Below are positions 46,160-56,323 of a stretch of 64,000 bases of DNA, piece by piece; position 1 is the first letter of the stretch, and each line of letters opens with the position of its first letter. This DNA is from Candidatus Latescibacterota bacterium (GTDB lineage: Bacteria; Latescibacterota; UBA2968; GCA-2709665): assembly GCA_965219455.1 (NCBI GenBank), contig OZ244744.1, forward strand, positions 4,128,001-4,192,000, written 5' to 3'. The notes beneath the pieces are model-generated. The model had not been told where the DNA came from and did no database searches. It saw only the letters and a list, made by a program, of their open reading frames with translations. Made by a program: the position numbers and the translations under genes.

Positions 46160-46559
46160 GGGTTACTCCTTTCGCAGGGTTATTTCAATCTAAATCACCG
46201 GATACGACGGGAAAAAGCCCATTCGACGGGCGCGTCGTTGAGAGGATCCTGCGGCCCGTGGGGCACAGCTGCACGTTCGGTATTCCCGTGCAATGTCTCC
46301 TTGCATCGGATCCGGGTTGGAAGTATCATGGCGTACTTCCGGGGCGTGGCTGCAATGAAGCGCATCCGAAATCCGAAGCGGCGGTTTTTGCATTTATTCT
46401 GCGCCTTGACGAGCAAAGATAGGCAATCGAACCGTAGAATTCAATTGCAGACTGCGACCCCGTATGGAAATGGGGAACGCAGAAACGAGCCGGAAAAGTC
46501 GATTGCCTGCGAAAGGCGCGTTTAATTCACTGAGAAAACCGATCGTTGGGAGATAGAGC

Positions 46560-47597
46560 ATGAAAGGTGTCGTGTATCTTGGCGAAAGTGAAGTGGAAGT
46601 TCAGGATTTCGACAGGCCCGAACCGGGCCCGGGACATGTGGTTATCGAAATGAGGGTGGCGGGGTTGTGCGGGAGCGATCTGCACAAGTACCATAGCAGC
46701 CGGGAGTGGGCGAGCGATAGGAAGGGCATGATTTCCGGCCACGAACCGGCCGGGGTTGTCGCCGATGTGGCTGCGGATGTTGAGAATGTGTCGGTGGGCG
46801 ACAGGGTCTGTGTCTACCACACCGTGGGGTGCGGTCACTGTGCGGTCTGTCTATCCGGCACGCCCGTGTTCTGTCCGGACCAGGGGGCGTTTGGCCGGAC
46901 CCGCGACGGCGCCCACGCGGATTACATGGTCACGGACGCCCGGTACTGCATGCCATTGCCGGACAATTTTTCGTTTGCCGTTGGAACGCAATTGGCTTGT
47001 ACGGCAGGGACGGCATTCTCGGCAGTGAACAAGGTATCAAAGCGTCATGGCGATCCACTTGTGGTGTTCGGATTGGGGCCGGTGGGTCTGACAACACTAT
47101 TGATGGGTAAGGCGATGGGATATCGGATGTTCGGCGTGGACATCAACCCTTACAGGATAGATCTGGCGGAGCGTATCGGCGGCGGGGTTGTAATAAACGC
47201 AAAACAGACCGATCCGGTTCAGGCGATCAGCGATCTGACAGGTGGACATGGTGCGGCCGGGGTTGTGGAGTGCTCGGGGAGTGGCACTGCCCGCACACAG
47301 GCGGCAGCGGTTGCGAGGTTGCACGGGACGGTGGTCTACGTGGGCGCCGGCGCTGAGTCGCTTGAAATCGATTTTAAGGATATCCTTCGAAAAGAACTGA
47401 CGCTCAGAGGCAATTCCGTGTATTCGATGGGTGCTTATTTCGATGCCGTCGCGTTCTTGCAGACGCACCGCGTGCCGCTGGACGAAATCGTGACCCATCG
47501 CTTTCACATTGGGCAGGCGAGGGAAGCATTCGCAACCTTCGATAGCGGAGAGACGGGTAAAGTGATTTTCGAATGGGAAGACGGAGAAGGGTCATAA
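46560..47597 (+). CDS. Zn-dependent alcohol dehydrogenase (MDR family)
   Basis: GLCGSDLH, GHE, CGHCAVC...C, GLGPVG. Confidence 0.93.
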   Translation: MKGVVYLGESEVEVQDFDRPEPGPGHVVIEMRVAGLCGSDLHKYHSSREWASDRKGMISGHEPAGVVADVAADVENVSVGDRVCVYHTVGCGHCAVCLSGTPVFCPDQGAFGRTRDGAHADYMVTDARYCMPLPDNFSFAVGTQLACTAGTAFSAVNKVSKRHGDPLVVFGLGPVGLTTLLMGKAMGYRMFGVDINPYRIDLAERIGGGVVINAKQTDPVQAISDLTGGHGAAGVVECSGSGTARTQAAAVARLHGTVVYVGAGAESLEIDFKDILRKELTLRGNSVYSMGAYFDAVAFLQTHRVPLDEIVTHRFHIGQAREAFATFDSGETGKVIFEWEDGEGS

Positions 47598-47629
47598 ATC
47601 CGATCGAGGAGAAACGGAGGGTAAGGGAA

Positions 47630-48706
47630 ATGGCACGGAGAACAAGGGTGGGAATTGTCGGATGTGGTGGCATGGCACGGGGCCATGCCAGCCGGATGAG
47701 TGAGGTCCTGCACCGCGTGGAGATTTCTGCCGTGGCGGATATTGATCCGGCGCGGGCGCAGGCGGTTGCGGAGGTTTTCCCCAATGAGCCAGTGGTTGCG
47801 ACGGAATATGAAGAGATTCTGGATCACGTGGACGCCGTACTTGTGGTGCTGCCGCATCATCTTCACCATCCGGTAGCGGTCCGTTGTCTGGATGCCGGGA
47901 AGCACGTGCTGGTGGAAAAGCCGATGGCCAACAGTGAGCGGGAATGCCTCCGGATGATCGAGGCCGCACAAAGGAACGACCGTGTCCTGATGGTGGCCTA
48001 CTGCATGCGTTTCCATCCTCTGGTTCTGAAGTTCAAGGAAGTGCTGGACAACAGGACATTTGGCGAGGTCTTCCAGTTATCGATCTGGACCGAGCAGCAT
48101 ACCCAGCGGGACCCGGAGAGTTGGCACTGCAGGGCGGGTACTCTTGGCGGCGGGCAGTTCTTTAGCCACGGCTGTCACTATGTCGATTTGATGTTGTGGA
48201 TGCTGGGCAGGCCGGTAAAGGGCGTGCATATGGGAACCAATCGATGTACGCCGTGGATGGAGAGAGAGGGAACGAGTAACGTGTGCATCGAGTTCGAGGG
48301 CGGCGTCCTTGGATATCATTTCGGCACCTGGGGGGCCCGGGGCACCCGGCTCGGATATTCCTTTCACGCACACTGCGAGAAGGGGATGGTCGAACTGAAT
48401 CTGCGCACGGGCCGAGTCGTGTACCTGGGTGATGTTGAAAAACACGTGCCCGGCGAGCACGATCCCGGGCAGCGGGAGATCGTGTTGCTGGAGGAAAACC
48501 ACGCCAAACCCACGGAAGTAGAGATGGCACATTTTATCGATTGTATCGAGTCCGGCCAAAAGCCGTTGACCGATCCCGTATCCAGCCTTGAGGGACTCAA
48601 GGTAATCTGGAAACTGTACGAGGCGGAGGAAACAGACGCTGTGGCTGACCTGAGGGGTCTGGGTCTCGGTACAATGGAAGAAGCGGGGGTCCGCGCAGCC
48701 GGTTAG
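47630..48706 (+). CDS. Gfo/Idh/MocA family oxidoreductase
   Basis: VGIVGCGGMA, GKHVLVEKPMA, GGG...HGCHYVD; start at ATG 47630. Confidence 0.92.
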   Translation: MARRTRVGIVGCGGMARGHASRMSEVLHRVEISAVADIDPARAQAVAEVFPNEPVVATEYEEILDHVDAVLVVLPHHLHHPVAVRCLDAGKHVLVEKPMANSERECLRMIEAAQRNDRVLMVAYCMRFHPLVLKFKEVLDNRTFGEVFQLSIWTEQHTQRDPESWHCRAGTLGGGQFFSHGCHYVDLMLWMLGRPVKGVHMGTNRCTPWMEREGTSNVCIEFEGGVLGYHFGTWGARGTRLGYSFHAHCEKGMVELNLRTGRVVYLGDVEKHVPGEHDPGQREIVLLEENHAKPTEVEMAHFIDCIESGQKPLTDPVSSLEGLKVIWKLYEAEETDAVADLRGLGLGTMEEAGVRAAG

Positions 48707-48779
48707 CGGATCCATCGGGGTTCGCCAGGGAAACGTTGCGAAGAGCCAAAACACACGTCGACTACGGGAGGAATGGCAT

Positions 48780-49748
48780 ATGGATCGTGTCGTGCTTGGG
48801 GAAAGTGGCCTGTCGGTATCGCCGATTTCCGTCGGCACGTGGCAGCTGAGTCCCCGATTTTGGGGGCCGCAGTCGAAGGATGACGCGATGGCTGCGATGA
48901 AGTTCGCGTTCGACCGCGGAATCAACTTTTTCGATACCGCAGAGGCATACGGGGACGGTTATGCCGAAAGGGTACTGGGTGAGGTCGTAAGGGATCTGCC
49001 GAGGGACGAACTTGTGCTGGCGACCAAGGTGTTTAACCATTTCAATCCCGACGGCTCCCGGTATCCGGATCTTTCGCCCGAACACATTTCAGCCCGTTGC
49101 GACGTGTCGCTCAACAGGATGGGCATCGAGACGATTGATCTGTACCTGTTGCATATGTACGATCCGTTGACACCGCTTGCCGATATCGCGGGAACCCTTG
49201 AAAGACTTCGCGACCAGGGGAAGATTCGATGTTACGGGCTGAGCAACCATTCTGTCGAACAATGCCGGGCCCAGCGCCGCTTCGGTGCGTACGCCGTTGT
49301 TCAGCCTCCGTACAGCCTGATCGAGCCGGCCGGAGAGAGCGATCTGTTACCCTATTGCCAATCGGAGAATATCGGGGTGATGATCTATTCGCCCATGCAC
49401 AAGGGACTGCTCAGCGGGAAGTACACCGGAGGAGAGACGTTTGACGACTTCCGGATCAATCATCCCGATTTTCAGGGAGACCGGTTTAATGAATTGTGTG
49501 CGAAGGTGCAGGCCCTGAAGCCGATTGCCGAGCGAAACGGCCTCACGATATACCAGTTGGTGCTGTCAGCCACGCTGATGCATCCGGCGATTCACGTGGC
49601 GATCTGTGGCATCAAGACACCCGATCAGATCGCCGAGGCTGTGGGGGCGGGAGGGAAGCAATTGTCACGCGAAGACTATTTCGCGGTTCGAAATACCGTC
49701 GGACCGGGCAGCCCCAAAATTGCGGACGCCGGCGGCAGCAGGAAGTGA
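48780..49748 (+). CDS. Aldo/keto reductase
   Basis: GINFFDTAEAYGDG, LATK, IDLYLLH, GKIRCYGLSN, YSPM. Confidence 0.94.
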   Translation: MDRVVLGESGLSVSPISVGTWQLSPRFWGPQSKDDAMAAMKFAFDRGINFFDTAEAYGDGYAERVLGEVVRDLPRDELVLATKVFNHFNPDGSRYPDLSPEHISARCDVSLNRMGIETIDLYLLHMYDPLTPLADIAGTLERLRDQGKIRCYGLSNHSVEQCRAQRRFGAYAVVQPPYSLIEPAGESDLLPYCQSENIGVMIYSPMHKGLLSGKYTGGETFDDFRINHPDFQGDRFNELCAKVQALKPIAERNGLTIYQLVLSATLMHPAIHVAICGIKTPDQIAEAVGAGGKQLSREDYFAVRNTVGPGSPKIADAGGSRK

Positions 49749-49919
49749 AGGGTTTATTCGTTTGGAGCGATGTCGCTTTTGGGGTGCCCCGGTTTTCCAG
49801 ATAGGGACAATTCATCCACCCGCAGCGTGTAGGCCTATGCCGGCGCGGTGTGGATCGTCCCGTATCTGATGTACTCTGGTCGGGCCTCTGACGATGGGAT
49901 TGTCGTGAGCGGACCCGTG

Positions 49920-52439
49920 TTATCGCGATACCTCGATGCACACAGGCCCGCTGTCTGTCTGTCCCGGCAGCCGGGTCTGTATGCGATCCCCCGATCGCGA
50001 TCCGTCCTGCGGGATGTCGATACATATTTCGGTATCGCGGCCCGTTCTGTATACAGGCTGGCCTCCCAGAGTTTCGTAGGCCACCGGTGGACAGGTTACC
50101 AGTTGGATCGATTCGTCCTTGAAGACGGCCGACAGTGTTACGGGCCGCCCCGACCTGATGCGGAGTCCGCCGGCACTGAATTCCGTCGCGTGGACCAGTA
50201 TAACGCTCCGCGGCCGCCCGGCAGGATCGCGGGAAATTGAGGCGAAGCGCCCATCCAGCAAAAGACCTTCGGGCCCTGAACCGGAACCGTAGATCGCATG
50301 GCGCTTACCACCGTCCGCGTGCGCGATTTGGATGATGGTTGCGGCCTCGCCCGGGAGAGTCCGGATGTCGGTAGCCAGGGGTTTGTCGACGTAGGCCTCG
50401 TGAACCGCAACAAAGGGCGCATCCGTGCATTGATGGCGAACCATGAGGCTGTGTCTGCCGGGGTCCGGATACGTGTCCAGAAGGAATGCGATCTGCCCCG
50501 GCGAACCCGACACCGTAACCCTGGAAAACAAGCTTCTTCGTCTGCCGTGGTGAGAGGATTCGGGTTCGCCCGGTATACGCCACGTTGCGGCAAAAGCCTC
50601 CTCCGCCAGACCTTCCTTGTATTCCTGTTCGCCCCGCATCACATAAAGCGCCGGGTCGAATGCGGTTCGGTCGTTCATAGCGAGCCGGATCTCTGGCGTC
50701 TCTCCGATACCGTGGTAAAACCAGTCGTGTTTTTTCCCTCCCTGGACGCGGAAGATATCCAGTAGATACCTGTCGAACTGGCAAACGATCCGCCTGTAGA
50801 ACTCCGTCTGCTCATAAATACCGTCTCCGTGGGCCTCGGCTACCTGGCCTGCCGGAAGATCGACGAATGAATGGATGTACGGAATCTGTTCATTCTTGAG
50901 TTGGTCCCCGTGAACCTGGGACGTTTCATCGACGGTTACGGTATTATGGGCGTATGACGCCCCACTGTATATACGCTGGTCGGGATCTTCGTAGCGGGTG
51001 CGTTTCTCGCCGGTCAGCATCCGGTCGTGCGAGTAGGTGATGAGATTCAGTCGATCCGCGTGGGCGTGTCCCGATCCCGGCAGGAGCGCGTTCAGGCCGG
51101 CGTAGAGGCGGTTGCCGTCGGCTTCCCGTTTCAATGCCACGTACCCGCTGGAGAGGTTGGCGCTCCGGTAGGGTACAGGTTTCTTCTCAATGGTGTCTGC
51201 GCCGAACAGGAGTCCGGTCAATCCTCTGTCACCCTCCCGAAGTTCGCGGTACGAGCCCGCTTCATCAACGTTCAGGTAGCGATATCCGATTTCGGCCGTA
51301 AGCGGATAGCTGGCAAGACTCGCGCGCCCTCCCATATCTCCTGTTGGCGCTACAGTCAGGTCCGGAAATGCCTGGGCCGTGAACCATTTGATGGCGCGCC
51401 GCACGGCACGGTAACTGGAGTTTCCGGGGTCCAAACCGTCATAGATCTGCGGCGGGAACAGGTCCGGCATCTGGCGCGACAGCCTGTGGCCGAGTACAAG
51501 TGCGCGGCAGTTCGGACCGAGCGCATACAGATGGTAGGCGCTGCATAGACCCCAGAATCCCCCGTCTGCCAGATAGTTGTTCAGGGTGAGCCAACGCATG
51601 CCGCAGTGGTTGGGGCGCCGTTCGGAAGCGTAATTCCGGTGCCCGAAAGCCCAATCCACGTAGTCCGCGCTTTCGATGGCGCAGCCGACCATCGCTACCG
51701 AACTGAGATAGGCGTACATGCCGTTGTGCCGAGGGCTGCTGTCCTCCTCAACCCGGAACACCCCGTCCGCCCAGTGTTGGAGCAGATTCCGCCGGATCTG
51801 CCGGTGTTCCCTGGGCGTAAAGAGGCCGTCCGTGGATCTCAGCAGTTCGTAGGCTTCCGCCAATGCAAGGACGATGACGCAATCGCCCTCCATGTTATAG
51901 GTCCAGATCACATGCTGGGTGCCGCTTCCTTGCACAGGCAGGGATTTGATATGTTTCGCGAATAGCTTCAGGATCCCGGCGCTTCTTTCGGCGTATGTGC
52001 GATCCATATCGAGAGCGTACAACAGCGCAAGGTTTTGTGCCGCGGTTGCCATCGCCTGGATGTAGTAGCAGCCCCAGCCTTCGTATAGGGTCCCTGCGTA
52101 TTTGCCGGTCAGATGTACCGCCTTGGATTGCTGACTTAGCGCGTGGGCTTCGTCGCACCGCTGGCACATGACTTCGCGATCGTTGAATGGATCAAACCTG
52201 AGCCTTTCCTGGCACACAGGACACATCAGCAGCCAGTATACCTGCATCTTCCGCTTCGGCATCAGCGACTCGATCCGGTCGAGGGATTGCGCCAGCCAGG
52301 GCTGCACACTCTCCGTCAACTCGTCCACGGCCTTTTTCGCCCAGTCATGGGATCGAATCTTCTGCCTGGCCTCTTCCAGGGTTGCCACATCCACGAATCC
52401 GGCCGGATGTATCCATTGCTGCGTATCGACGTCATCCAT
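49920..52439 (-). CDS. Heparinase II/III-like protein (no signal peptide)
   Basis: AAGGAGG RBS and ATG 52439; HN...DGGF..YH; GHAHADRLN; AHNTVTVDE; LLDIFRVQGGKKHDW. Confidence 0.8.
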   Translation of the reverse strand: MDDVDTQQWIHPAGFVDVATLEEARQKIRSHDWAKKAVDELTESVQPWLAQSLDRIESLMPKRKMQVYWLLMCPVCQERLRFDPFNDREVMCQRCDEAHALSQQSKAVHLTGKYAGTLYEGWGCYYIQAMATAAQNLALLYALDMDRTYAERSAGILKLFAKHIKSLPVQGSGTQHVIWTYNMEGDCVIVLALAEAYELLRSTDGLFTPREHRQIRRNLLQHWADGVFRVEEDSSPRHNGMYAYLSSVAMVGCAIESADYVDWAFGHRNYASERRPNHCGMRWLTLNNYLADGGFWGLCSAYHLYALGPNCRALVLGHRLSRQMPDLFPPQIYDGLDPGNSSYRAVRRAIKWFTAQAFPDLTVAPTGDMGGRASLASYPLTAEIGYRYLNVDEAGSYRELREGDRGLTGLLFGADTIEKKPVPYRSANLSSGYVALKREADGNRLYAGLNALLPGSGHAHADRLNLITYSHDRMLTGEKRTRYEDPDQRIYSGASYAHNTVTVDETSQVHGDQLKNEQIPYIHSFVDLPAGQVAEAHGDGIYEQTEFYRRIVCQFDRYLLDIFRVQGGKKHDWFYHGIGETPEIRLAMNDRTAFDPALYVMRGEQEYKEGLAEEAFAATWRIPGEPESSHHGRRRSLFSRVTVSGSPGQIAFLLDTYPDPGRHSLMVRHQCTDAPFVAVHEAYVDKPLATDIRTLPGEAATIIQIAHADGGKRHAIYGSGSGPEGLLLDGRFASISRDPAGRPRSVILVHATEFSAGGLRIRSGRPVTLSAVFKDESIQLVTCPPVAYETLGGQPVYRTGRDTEICIDIPQDGSRSGDRIQTRLPGQTDSGPVCIEVSR

Positions 52440-52632
52440 CCTGCCACCTCCTTTGTTCTCAAACGCCTTTTCCGGCTTTCCCATTCGGAAACAAGATAAC
52501 ATTCGCGTGCCTCTCTGAAAGGTTTTTTCGGTCTTGGGTCGGGACCCTTCGAAGGGATTTTGCACGTGAAGGATGTTTGTATATATTCCGGTAGGTTGGG
52601 CCAATAGCGAACCATACTCCGGAGGAATCGAG

Positions 52633-53442
52633 ATGGGCATGACGGATGAAGAGAAGTTTCGGTTTGATCTGACGGGCTTTCTGGTGCGTCCTGCCATTCT
52701 GAATCAGGATGAAATTGAATCCATTGTCGAGCAGATTGATCGCATCGTACACGATCCGGACTCACTGCCGCCCGAACATCGAACGGTTCCAGGGGGGCCG
52801 TCTAGCGTGTTGATCGATCACCCGAAAGTCGTGGAGGTCTTGCACGAGATTATTGGTCCCGAGATTCGAATGGAAGGTTGTTACTGCGCATGGCGTAATA
52901 AAGGGGAGTCCCACGGCGGGGGGCTTCATGGAGGCGGGCCCAGCCAGATTGATCCGATATTTGGGTACCGTTGCCAGAACGGGCGGATTCACGCGGGGAT
53001 GGTGCGCGTGGTTTTCGAGTTGACGGATGTGCAACCGGAAGATGGGGCCACGCATTTCATCGTCGGCAGCCATAAGGCGAATTTTGAAATGCATCCTGAT
53101 CACCTCTCGATGGAGCCGGGTGAGAGAAGCCCCTTCTTGATGGGATATGGGTGCCCGGCCGGCAGCGCCGTATTTTTTACCGAAAATGTGTGCCACGTTG
53201 GGCCCGAGTGGACCCGCGATACACCACGTATTGCCGTCCTGCACGCCTATTCGCACCTGGCAACACACTGGCACCGGCTGCGTGTGCCTCCGGAAGTGCT
53301 GGACGGCCTGCCGCGAGAGAAGCAAGCCTATTTTCGTGAACCGTGGATTGCCGATTTTCGTACCCGGCCGGCAACTCGGAATACCGTGGACCATTACCTG
53401 AGTTCGGGGGATCCAACGATGCGCACTGCTGTCGGGGACTGA
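52633..53442 (+). CDS. PhyH-like Fe(II)/2-oxoglutarate enzyme with HxG motif
   Basis: GGAGG RBS; FDLTGFLV, LHGG, DGATHFIVGSHK, PAGSAVFFTENVCH, R. Confidence 0.85.
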   Translation: MGMTDEEKFRFDLTGFLVRPAILNQDEIESIVEQIDRIVHDPDSLPPEHRTVPGGPSSVLIDHPKVVEVLHEIIGPEIRMEGCYCAWRNKGESHGGGLHGGGPSQIDPIFGYRCQNGRIHAGMVRVVFELTDVQPEDGATHFIVGSHKANFEMHPDHLSMEPGERSPFLMGYGCPAGSAVFFTENVCHVGPEWTRDTPRIAVLHAYSHLATHWHRLRVPPEVLDGLPREKQAYFREPWIADFRTRPATRNTVDHYLSSGDPTMRTAVGD

Positions 53443-53579
53443 GAGGATTTCTTGTCACGTCTCCCGACGCGTGGAGACCGCGCGGCGGAGCGAAAGGTGC
53501 ACGTTGTCTCGAACCCCTGCGACGGTGTGAGTCGTGGGTCGTAAAAAGGGCTGGCAGCAAAAGACATGGAGCGAGAGCG

Positions 53580-54449
53580 ATGGAAGATTATTCACACGTT
53601 GAGAAGCCTGATCTCGGATATCGGTACGAGTTTGGCATTGAGAATCTGGACGCAATGAGCGAATGTCTGGAGGTGCATGGGTTTGCAATCATCAAGGATG
53701 TGCTGCCTCCGGAACGGGTTGAGAAGCTCAAGCAGGCGGTGTATGACGGCACCGATCCGGAGAGCACGCTGGCGCCGGGTCAGAGCCGTACACGCCATGC
53801 GTGGATCGAGTCCGGGCCGGGAGCATGGACGCTTCTGGAGCATGAGCCGTTCATGGATATTCATCGGCATTTGATCGGTACGGATGAGCTGACCGTGCAT
53901 CGATCGGCCGCTATAATCCGGATTCCGGGGTCTCAGTCTGTGGCATGGCATACGGATTGGTGCGGATATTCGACGGAGATCAAGAATTCGGGTGATATTT
54001 TGAATCGCGGCCTCTGGCCGTCGGGCAAGTGGTTTTATCTGACGGGATCGCGTCCGGTTCATGGCGGATTGTGTGTCATTGAGGATTCCCATGTGGAAGA
54101 TTGGGAAGGGCCGGAGGGGTTCAGAATGACGGCGGACAGGCGGTCGTTTTACCCCGAGGGCGAGGAAGAGCGACCTTATGCCGGGTTTGAAATTCCCGGG
54201 CTTATGCCGCTGTTTACACAGGGCGGGGATATGATTGTATTTGCTCACCGGACGTACCATGGCGCGTTTCCCAACCGGCTGGAGGAGGTAAGACTGTCGT
54301 GTGCCATCGGGTTCAGAGACCGCAAGCACAGAATTGAGGTACCGTGGAAGATCCCGCAGTCGGGTAGATGGTTTCTGGAGAATCTGCCGGGCCATTTACA
54401 GAAATATACGCATGACTATACCAGTATCGACATCGATTGGCGCGGATAA
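53580..54449 (+). CDS. PhyH-like Fe(II)/2-oxoglutarate dioxygenase
   Basis: HGFAIIKDVL, WHTD, GGLCVIEDSH, GDMIVFAHRTYH...R. Confidence 0.88.
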   Translation: MEDYSHVEKPDLGYRYEFGIENLDAMSECLEVHGFAIIKDVLPPERVEKLKQAVYDGTDPESTLAPGQSRTRHAWIESGPGAWTLLEHEPFMDIHRHLIGTDELTVHRSAAIIRIPGSQSVAWHTDWCGYSTEIKNSGDILNRGLWPSGKWFYLTGSRPVHGGLCVIEDSHVEDWEGPEGFRMTADRRSFYPEGEEERPYAGFEIPGLMPLFTQGGDMIVFAHRTYHGAFPNRLEEVRLSCAIGFRDRKHRIEVPWKIPQSGRWFLENLPGHLQKYTHDYTSIDIDWRG

Positions 54450-54512
54450 CGCTCAACCGGCATTGTTGCTCAGAATTTTCCTGTTTAATGCCGGATTGGG
54501 CAGAGGTGTGAT

Positions 54513-55421
54513 TTGAGGACGGTCTACGTGCTGCTGACGATGGACTGCGAGACCGCCAGATCAGACCTGACGCCCTACGCAATCCGGATGTCGGCCAGCG
54601 GCCCGGTTGACTATCGAGAAAGCGGACGGTCGATCCGCGCCTATGTCGAAACGGCAGCCTCGAATGGGTTTCCGGTGACGCTCTTCGCGCATCCGGAAGT
54701 CGCGTCGGAGAATACGGAACTGCTTCTCGAACTGCGGGAGCAAGGCGCGTGTCTGGGGTTGCATCTGCATCCGTACAAGTTTAAAGGCGGTAAATATAAA
54801 TATGACCTTGGGGCGTATTCCGCCGGAGAACAGTCACGGATCGTCAGCGAGGCGATGCAGGTGTGGGAATCCGCGCTGCGTAGCCCGCCTCGTTACTTCA
54901 GGGCGGGCTACTTTTCGGCCAATAACGAGACGTTTCGTGTGCTGAACGAGTTGGGGTTTGCAGGCGGCAGCCTCTCAAACCCAGGGCGGGTCCTGCCAGG
55001 GCACCATAGCGTATGGGCCGGCGCGGAGCCCTACCCCCATCGGGCGGATCTGGAATGTCGTTTGACGCGAGGGACCAGCGAGTTTGTCAACGTGCCTGTG
55101 TCCGGTGCTTTTGGCAGGCCAGTTAAAAGGGGCCATGCAGGCGAGCGGGGCTATGAATGGCCCTATGTGCCGCATAAGTACCCCCACGGGGAAGTAATCC
55201 GGGATGTGCTGGATCGTTTTTCGACCGAGTTGCCGCGGTTTGGCACCATTGTGGCGGATAGCCACAACGATCAGGACTATTCCGATCCCGAGCATCCCGC
55301 ACGGCGAAACCTGGAGGTTATAATCAGATCCATTCGGGATATCTGCAAACAGATGGAGATGCGCGCCGTCGGGGTCACGCTGGATGCCCTGTGTGATCGC
55401 GTCCTGGCGCACGGGGCTTGA
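54513..55421 (+). CDS. Polysaccharide deacetylase-like (NodB/CE4 fold) protein
   Basis: LTMDCE, PVTLF, GLHLHP, FRAGYFS. Confidence 0.7.
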   Translation: MRTVYVLLTMDCETARSDLTPYAIRMSASGPVDYRESGRSIRAYVETAASNGFPVTLFAHPEVASENTELLLELREQGACLGLHLHPYKFKGGKYKYDLGAYSAGEQSRIVSEAMQVWESALRSPPRYFRAGYFSANNETFRVLNELGFAGGSLSNPGRVLPGHHSVWAGAEPYPHRADLECRLTRGTSEFVNVPVSGAFGRPVKRGHAGERGYEWPYVPHKYPHGEVIRDVLDRFSTELPRFGTIVADSHNDQDYSDPEHPARRNLEVIIRSIRDICKQMEMRAVGVTLDALCDRVLAHGA

Positions 55422-55484
55422 GCCAGATCCTGATATTCCGGCCTGAAGGTAAAGATTGGACGCTTTTTCGAAAGGGAGGAGACC

Positions 55485-56306
55485 ATGCGAATCGATTCTC
55501 ACGTGCACGTGTGGACCATGGGGTCGCCGCCGTTCACCCACAACGACGAAATGGCAACCCAGCGGCCGGAATATCCGGGTCTGGTCGAGGATCTCATCAG
55601 GTTTATGGATCTGAACGGCATCGACCGCACCGTACTCATTCAGTGCATGTATCACGGATATGACAATAGTTATATGTGTGACTCTATGCGACGATTTCCG
55701 GACCGTCTGCACGGGGTGGCGTTGATCGATCCCTTGAAAGCGGGCGCGGCTGAGAAGCTGGAACGCCTGCACAGCGAACATGGGGTACAGGGGATGCGGT
55801 TGTATCCGGTAAAGGATAAGGATGCGTCCTGGTTGTCTCGTGACGATCAGACAACGCTATGGGTGACGGCCCGAAGGCTGCGGGTTCCTTTCACATGGTT
55901 TGGCCGCTGCCATCAGATTCCGTTGCTGGAACCGATGTTGCAGCGCTTTCCAGAGGTGAATGTGATCGTGGATCACCTCGGCGAGCCATTTCTTTCAGAG
56001 GGGTTGGACGGGAGTTTCCGGCTCCTGCTGGAGGCGGCGAAATACCCGAATCTCTTCGTGAAAGCCACGCGGATCGACGGGATATCGGCGAAGCCTTGGC
56101 CGCACGAGGACGTTTATCCCTATGTCAAGGCCGTGTACGAGGCGTTCGGGTCCCGGCGGATGCTGGGGTGTACGGGATTTCCGGAGGATCCTCAGCGTGG
56201 CGAGGCTGTTGGTTTCCGTGTCGTTGAGGAAGCGATGGATTTTCTGTCGGATGATGACAAAGCATGGATCTTAGGTAAGACAGCGGATTCGCTCTACGGC
56301 CACTGA
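55485..56306 (+). CDS. Amidohydrolase-2 family protein
   Basis: IDSHVHVW, YDNSY, VIVDHLG, ILGKTADSLY. Confidence 0.88.
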   Translation: MRIDSHVHVWTMGSPPFTHNDEMATQRPEYPGLVEDLIRFMDLNGIDRTVLIQCMYHGYDNSYMCDSMRRFPDRLHGVALIDPLKAGAAEKLERLHSEHGVQGMRLYPVKDKDASWLSRDDQTTLWVTARRLRVPFTWFGRCHQIPLLEPMLQRFPEVNVIVDHLGEPFLSEGLDGSFRLLLEAAKYPNLFVKATRIDGISAKPWPHEDVYPYVKAVYEAFGSRRMLGCTGFPEDPQRGEAVGFRVVEEAMDFLSDDDKAWILGKTADSLYGH

Positions 56307-56323
56307 GTCAAGGAGAAACCGAA

